A model generated the notes under the pieces. It worked only from the letters and a program-made list of their open reading frames with translations. It did no database searches and was not told where the DNA came from. A DNA stretch of 63,424 bases, the filler included. It is 7 parts of 7 records of this genome, joined end to end, with 100 filler letters (N's around TTAATTAATTAA, not from the genome) between each part and the next. Parts side by side here need not be neighbours in the genome. Positions count along the whole stretch, not along the records: positions 53,601 to 63,424 come from SRR31156797_17221; 6 more parts are not named here. One strand, given 5' to 3'. Shown one piece after another: positions 59,733 through 63,424 of this stretch. The position numbers and the translations under genes were made by a program. Within the stretch, counting starts at the first letter, position 1; the number at the start of each line of letters is the position of its first letter.

Positions 59733-60473
59733 ATGAAGGCTTTGCACGCACCCAAGGTGGCTGTTGCAGCGTTTGCGGCGTTGGTTCTGGTCCCATTCGC
59801 GGCCCTGGAAACGGCGGCGGCCGAGCGCGCCTTTCTTGGCATGCAGGTTCAGGGGATGCAGGCGGAAGCGGCCGCGGCCCTGGGCCGCACGGATAGGCAT
59901 GGGGTTCTGGTGCGCGACGTCGGCCTCGGTACGCCGGCCAACAAGGCCGGCCTGAAGCGCGGCGATTTGATCGTCGAGTTCGCCGGCAAAACGCTCGACT
60001 CGTTCGACAGATTGATCGCCATCGCCGGTTCGCTGGAAGCCGGCCAATCGGCCGATCTGGTCGTCATCCGCCAGGGCCGGAAAACCAAATTGCTGCTCAA
60101 GACCGAAAAATGGCCGTCGGCCTGGAATGTGCCGAAGGACGATTTCAAGATCGTCCCCAATCTCGGCATCACCCTTTCCGCCATCACCCCGAAGGTTAAG
60201 GAACGGTTCGGCCTGCGCTGGGGTTCGACCGGTGTGGTGGTGACCCTGGTCGACGAGGGAAAGGTCAAATCCCTGGATAGGCTGATGGATCTTCGCCGCG
60301 GCGAGGTGATTATCCAGGTCAACCAGAAACCGGTATGGCTGCCCGATCAGGTGATGAGGGCCTATGCGAAAGCGCAGGCCGAGGGGCGCCAATCCCTTCT
60401 GTTGCTGGTCGAAGGCGCCGAAGGGGCGCGCAACGGATACCGCTTTTCCCTGCTTCCGGTCCTGGCGCCCTGA
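59733..60473 (+). CDS. Secreted tandem-PDZ protein (DegP/DegQ-like PDZ1-PDZ2 without protease domain)
   Basis: Signal peptide followed directly by RAFLGMQVQ…GVLV…PA.KAGLKRGDLI, then LGITLS…GVVV…RGEVI.QVNQ; no TNxHV or GNSGG. Confidence 0.82.
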   Translation: MKALHAPKVAVAAFAALVLVPFAALETAAAERAFLGMQVQGMQAEAAAALGRTDRHGVLVRDVGLGTPANKAGLKRGDLIVEFAGKTLDSFDRLIAIAGSLEAGQSADLVVIRQGRKTKLLLKTEKWPSAWNVPKDDFKIVPNLGITLSAITPKVKERFGLRWGSTGVVVTLVDEGKVKSLDRLMDLRRGEVIIQVNQKPVWLPDQVMRAYAKAQAEGRQSLLLLVEGAEGARNGYRFSLLPVLAP

Positions 60474-60640
60474 CCGCCGGGCCAAGGCGTGCCCGACCGT
60501 TTCCGACGACGATGAATTGAGGCCTTTCGGGTGTTTCAAGTCCTGACCCGTGGCCTAGCAGGCTGCTAGGTTGGAATCATTTCGCTCTACGGGCTTCGGT
60601 TCTATATGGTATTTGGGGAAAGTTAGCACCGCCCGGGATA

Positions 60641-63262
60641 TTGCATTTGACCGGCACGCTCATTCGTCGGACCGCGGTTATTGTCTGTGCCGTCTTGGTG
60701 ATTTGTGTCGCCATGGTGCGGCAGGCAGACGCCGCGGCATGGGTTCGGGCGCCGGCAATTCCCGCCGCCGTTGTGTCGACAACCGCCGTCTGGGCGGTTC
60801 CATCCGATCAATCCAACAAAAGCGCCGTCCGCAGGATTCGTGACGGCGTCGAAACGGCCCCCATTGAAGAGTCGGAAAAAAACAATGCCAACGAAGTGCA
60901 AGAATATTACTGGATGTACGAAGTTTTAACGATTTTACTGTTTTTTGCAGTATCAATTTTTTTCCTGTTTTATTTGTATTTCAATAAGAAAATAAAAAAA
61001 ACGGAATCCCGTATTCGCGAGCGGGAGGCCCGCTATCTCGCGGTGATCGAAACCGCCCATGACGGATTCTTTGCCCTCGACCTGGACGGACGGATCCGGG
61101 AAGTCAACAAGGCCTATGTCGAACGTTCCGGTTACAGCCGTGACGAACTGCTTTCGATGCATGTTTTCGATCTCGATGTATCGGAAACGCCGGCGGATGT
61201 TGCAGTCCGGATCGAAGAGGCCATTCTGTACGGCAATGCGCTGTTTACGTCCAAGCATCGGACCAAGGACGGCGAGGTGTGGGATGTCGAAGTCGGAGCC
61301 AGTTGCTCGGACGTCGACGGTGGCCGTATTTTTGCCTTTCATCGCGACATTTCGGCGCGGAAACGGGATGAGGCGGCGTTGCGCGACAGCGAGGCCAAGT
61401 TTCGGCGAATTCTGGAGAACATGCCGCTGATCGGCGTTTCTCTGGATGCCGAGGGACGTATCGTTTTCGCCAACGATCATTTCCTGAAGCTGACCGGATG
61501 GGCTGCCGAGGAAATCCTCGGACGTGACTGGTTCGGGATCTTCATCGGCGAAGAAAACGCCGACGAAATCCGGGCCATTCATAAGGCAAACATGCAAGAC
61601 CCGGATATTGAGCCGTATTCGACGTTCGAAAACGAAATCCGAACCCGCGACGGCGAAAGCCTCCTGGTTTCGTGGTTCAATACCATCATCAAAGACGAAG
61701 CCGACAATTTGACCGGTGTCGCTTCCATAGGGGTGGATATAACCGAACGCACCCGCGCCGAGGACCAGATCCGTCGGATGAACCTGCGCATGGCCTTGGC
61801 CGCCCGGGCGGCCGAGATCGGTTTTTGGGACTGGGACCCATCGACTGGCGGGTTGATCTGGGATGACGGCATGTTCCGGCTTTTCGGAATCGATCCGAAG
61901 GATTTCGACGGTTCCTACGATTTCTGGAAACGCACGGTGCATCCGGACGATGTCGATCGCGCCGAAGAAAATATAGGGCTGGCCGTCCAAGGCGATCGCC
62001 GCCTCGAAACGGAATTCCGGATCGTACGGCCAAACGGAGAGGTCCGGCACATCAAGGCGGAAGGGGCCATCGTCCGCAACGAGGGTGGCGAAGCGACCCG
62101 TGTAACCGGGATCAACTACGACGTCACCGACCGAAGGCTGGCCGAAGAAGCCCTGAAGGAAAGCGAAGCCGCCTATCGTGCCGCCTTCCGCACCAGCCCC
62201 GATGCCATCAACATCAATCGTCTTGCGGATGGCGTTTATGTCGACGTCAACGAGGGTTTCACGAGATTGACGGGATTTACCCTGGACGAGGTGATCGGCA
62301 AGACTTCGGAAGAGATCGGAATCTGGGCGGATTTTACCGATCGCCAGAAACTGGTCGCGGGTTTGATGGCCGGCGGTATGGTGGAAAACCTGGAAGCGAA
62401 TTTCCGTTGCAAGGACGGGACCATCATTTTGGCCCTGATGTCGGCAAGCATCATCGACGTCAGGGGCGAGCCGCATATCCTGTCGATCACCCGCGACATC
62501 AGAGACCTGCGCGAAGCTGAAGAGAAGCTTATTCAGGCCCAGAAGATGGAGGTCGTGGGGCAATTGACGGGCGGTATCGCCCACGACTTCAACAATCTGC
62601 TGCAAATCATCGAGGGCAATCTGGAACTGGCGCGGATGCGTCTTCCGGGTTCCGACCCCAATCTGGATAAGATCCTCAAAGGCGCGGTCGAGGCCGGACG
62701 GCGCGGCGCGAAACTGACCCAGCAATTGCTGGCTTTTTCCCGCAAGCAATCCCTAAACCCGAAAACACTGGAACTTGACCGTCTGATTGAGGGAATGGCG
62801 GTAATTCTGTCGCGAACGCTGGGCGAGGACATTGGCATCGAGATCGATCTCGATTCGGATACGGCGCCCGTATTCGCCGACGAGAACCAACTGCAGAACG
62901 CCATTCTGAATCTTGCACTCAACGCCAGGGCGGCGATGCCGAACGGTGGCACGCTGACCATCTCGTCGGCAAACCGGCATCAGGCCGAGGCGGTCGAAAT
63001 CGAGGCCGGAACCCTGCTGCCGGGGTGGTACGTGGAACTCGCCATAAGCGACACCGGGGTCGGCATGACCGAGGAGACGGTCGAACATGCGTTCGAGCCA
63101 TTTTTCACGACCAAGGGGGTCGGCGAGGGCAGCGGCCTCGGGCTCAGCATGGTTTACGGATTTGCCCGGCAGTCCGGCGGTGACGCAAGGCTGGAAAGCC
63201 GGGAGAATGCAGGCACGATAGCGCGAATTCTGCTTCCGGCGGCCGAGCGGAAAGGGCTCTAG
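60641..63262 (+). CDS. Membrane sensor histidine kinase with four PAS domains
   Basis: Two TMs, four PAS/PAC repeats, H-box GGIAHDFNNLL, N-box, DTGVG, FEPFFTTK, GSGLGL; no receiver. Start uncertain. Confidence 0.92.
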   Translation: MHLTGTLIRRTAVIVCAVLVICVAMVRQADAAAWVRAPAIPAAVVSTTAVWAVPSDQSNKSAVRRIRDGVETAPIEESEKNNANEVQEYYWMYEVLTILLFFAVSIFFLFYLYFNKKIKKTESRIREREARYLAVIETAHDGFFALDLDGRIREVNKAYVERSGYSRDELLSMHVFDLDVSETPADVAVRIEEAILYGNALFTSKHRTKDGEVWDVEVGASCSDVDGGRIFAFHRDISARKRDEAALRDSEAKFRRILENMPLIGVSLDAEGRIVFANDHFLKLTGWAAEEILGRDWFGIFIGEENADEIRAIHKANMQDPDIEPYSTFENEIRTRDGESLLVSWFNTIIKDEADNLTGVASIGVDITERTRAEDQIRRMNLRMALAARAAEIGFWDWDPSTGGLIWDDGMFRLFGIDPKDFDGSYDFWKRTVHPDDVDRAEENIGLAVQGDRRLETEFRIVRPNGEVRHIKAEGAIVRNEGGEATRVTGINYDVTDRRLAEEALKESEAAYRAAFRTSPDAININRLADGVYVDVNEGFTRLTGFTLDEVIGKTSEEIGIWADFTDRQKLVAGLMAGGMVENLEANFRCKDGTIILALMSASIIDVRGEPHILSITRDIRDLREAEEKLIQAQKMEVVGQLTGGIAHDFNNLLQIIEGNLELARMRLPGSDPNLDKILKGAVEAGRRGAKLTQQLLAFSRKQSLNPKTLELDRLIEGMAVILSRTLGEDIGIEIDLDSDTAPVFADENQLQNAILNLALNARAAMPNGGTLTISSANRHQAEAVEIEAGTLLPGWYVELAISDTGVGMTEETVEHAFEPFFTTKGVGEGSGLGLSMVYGFARQSGGDARLESRENAGTIARILLPAAERKGL

Positions 63263-63271
63263 GAAACGGCA

Positions 63272-63303
63272 GCGCCCCCGGTCCGGCCGGGCGGATCGGG
63301 CGC
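63272..63303. repeat. GC-rich hairpin between convergent genes
   Basis: GCGCCC(CC)GGTCCG-loop-CGGATCGGGCGC. Confidence 0.45.
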
Positions 63304-63321
63304 ACCAGTGGTGAATTCAAG

Positions 63322-63424
63322 CTATTCCGTGATGGCGGGAGGGTCGGGGTCGAAATCCCATTCGTCGTCGGTGTCGGGGTATTTTTCGATCAGATTGTTG
63401 ACCAGATCGACGTGTTCGGCCTCT
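63322..63424 (-). CDS. Rubrerythrin/ferritin-like protein, C-terminal end (runs off the window)
   Basis: Manual translation EAEHVDLVNNLIEKYPDTDDEWDFDPDPPAITE*: ExxH iron ligand plus a W..DPDPP tail. Confidence 0.7.
   Translation of the reverse strand, partial: EAEHVDLVNNLIEKYPDTDDEWDFDPDPPAITE

Noticed and set aside
53678..62749. Long antisense ORFs in segment 7 (e.g. 56261-57547, 58381-59367, 59715-60539, 60953-62749)
   Set aside because: They mirror wecC, eipB, the PDZ gene and the kinase, and carry no domain motifs.
1..63424. CRISPR arrays, transposases, integrases, prophage, rRNA, recoded stop codons
   Set aside because: None seen by eye; recognised genes end at standard stops with expected lengths. 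A tool-based scan was not possible.

Overview
This window is not one locus. It is seven unrelated contigs joined by artificial 100-bp spacers (N44-TTAATTAATTAA-N44) at 11509, 19836, 31059, 38798, 45404 and 53501, so gene neighbourhood is meaningful only within a segment. Taxonomy below is inferred from composition and protein style. (1) 1-11508, Desulfobacterota-like: PEP-CTERM protein, GT2, ftsH, a divergent ilvB-ilvN pair with a structured leader, yhhQ with a preQ1-I type III riboswitch, an ABC-type binding protein, and CAP and Fic fragments. (2) 11609-19835, Campylobacterota-like: rpsP-khpA-rimM, pyrC, two tandem ankyrin-repeat paralogs, ilvD and a partial tRNA-Leu. (3) 19936-31058, very AT-rich and LPS-making, possibly Fusobacteriota: binding protein, PRD/EIIB/EIIA regulator plus an Asp-less CheY-like protein, GT9, degenerate PAS-GGDEF, rtcB, a GlpA-like oxidoreductase and an MCP. 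(4) 31159-38797, AT-rich, possibly the same genome as 3: sensor-GGDEF, a small protein-phosphoesterase-ArsR operon, MCP and MATE. (5) 38898-45403, Desulfobacterota-like: Liv-type ABC genes plus acyl-CoA ligase, GDPD and a DUF2846 fusion. (6) 45504-53500, spirochaete-like: pspF end, lipA, lipB, Omp85-like protein, HtrA, hslO, HAD and a phosphohexomutase. (7) 53601-63424, alphaproteobacterial: octaheme OTR-family cytochrome, SDR, wecC, wecB, eipB, a protease-less PDZ protein, a PAS kinase and the end of a ferritin-like gene. I found no CRISPR array, transposase, integrase or rRNA, and no single unmistakable new system. The best leads are the divergent AHAS and its leader, the out-of-clade preQ1 riboswitch, the phospho-site-degenerate signalling proteins in segment 3, the pyrC-coupled ankyrin pair and the ArsR-phosphoesterase operon.
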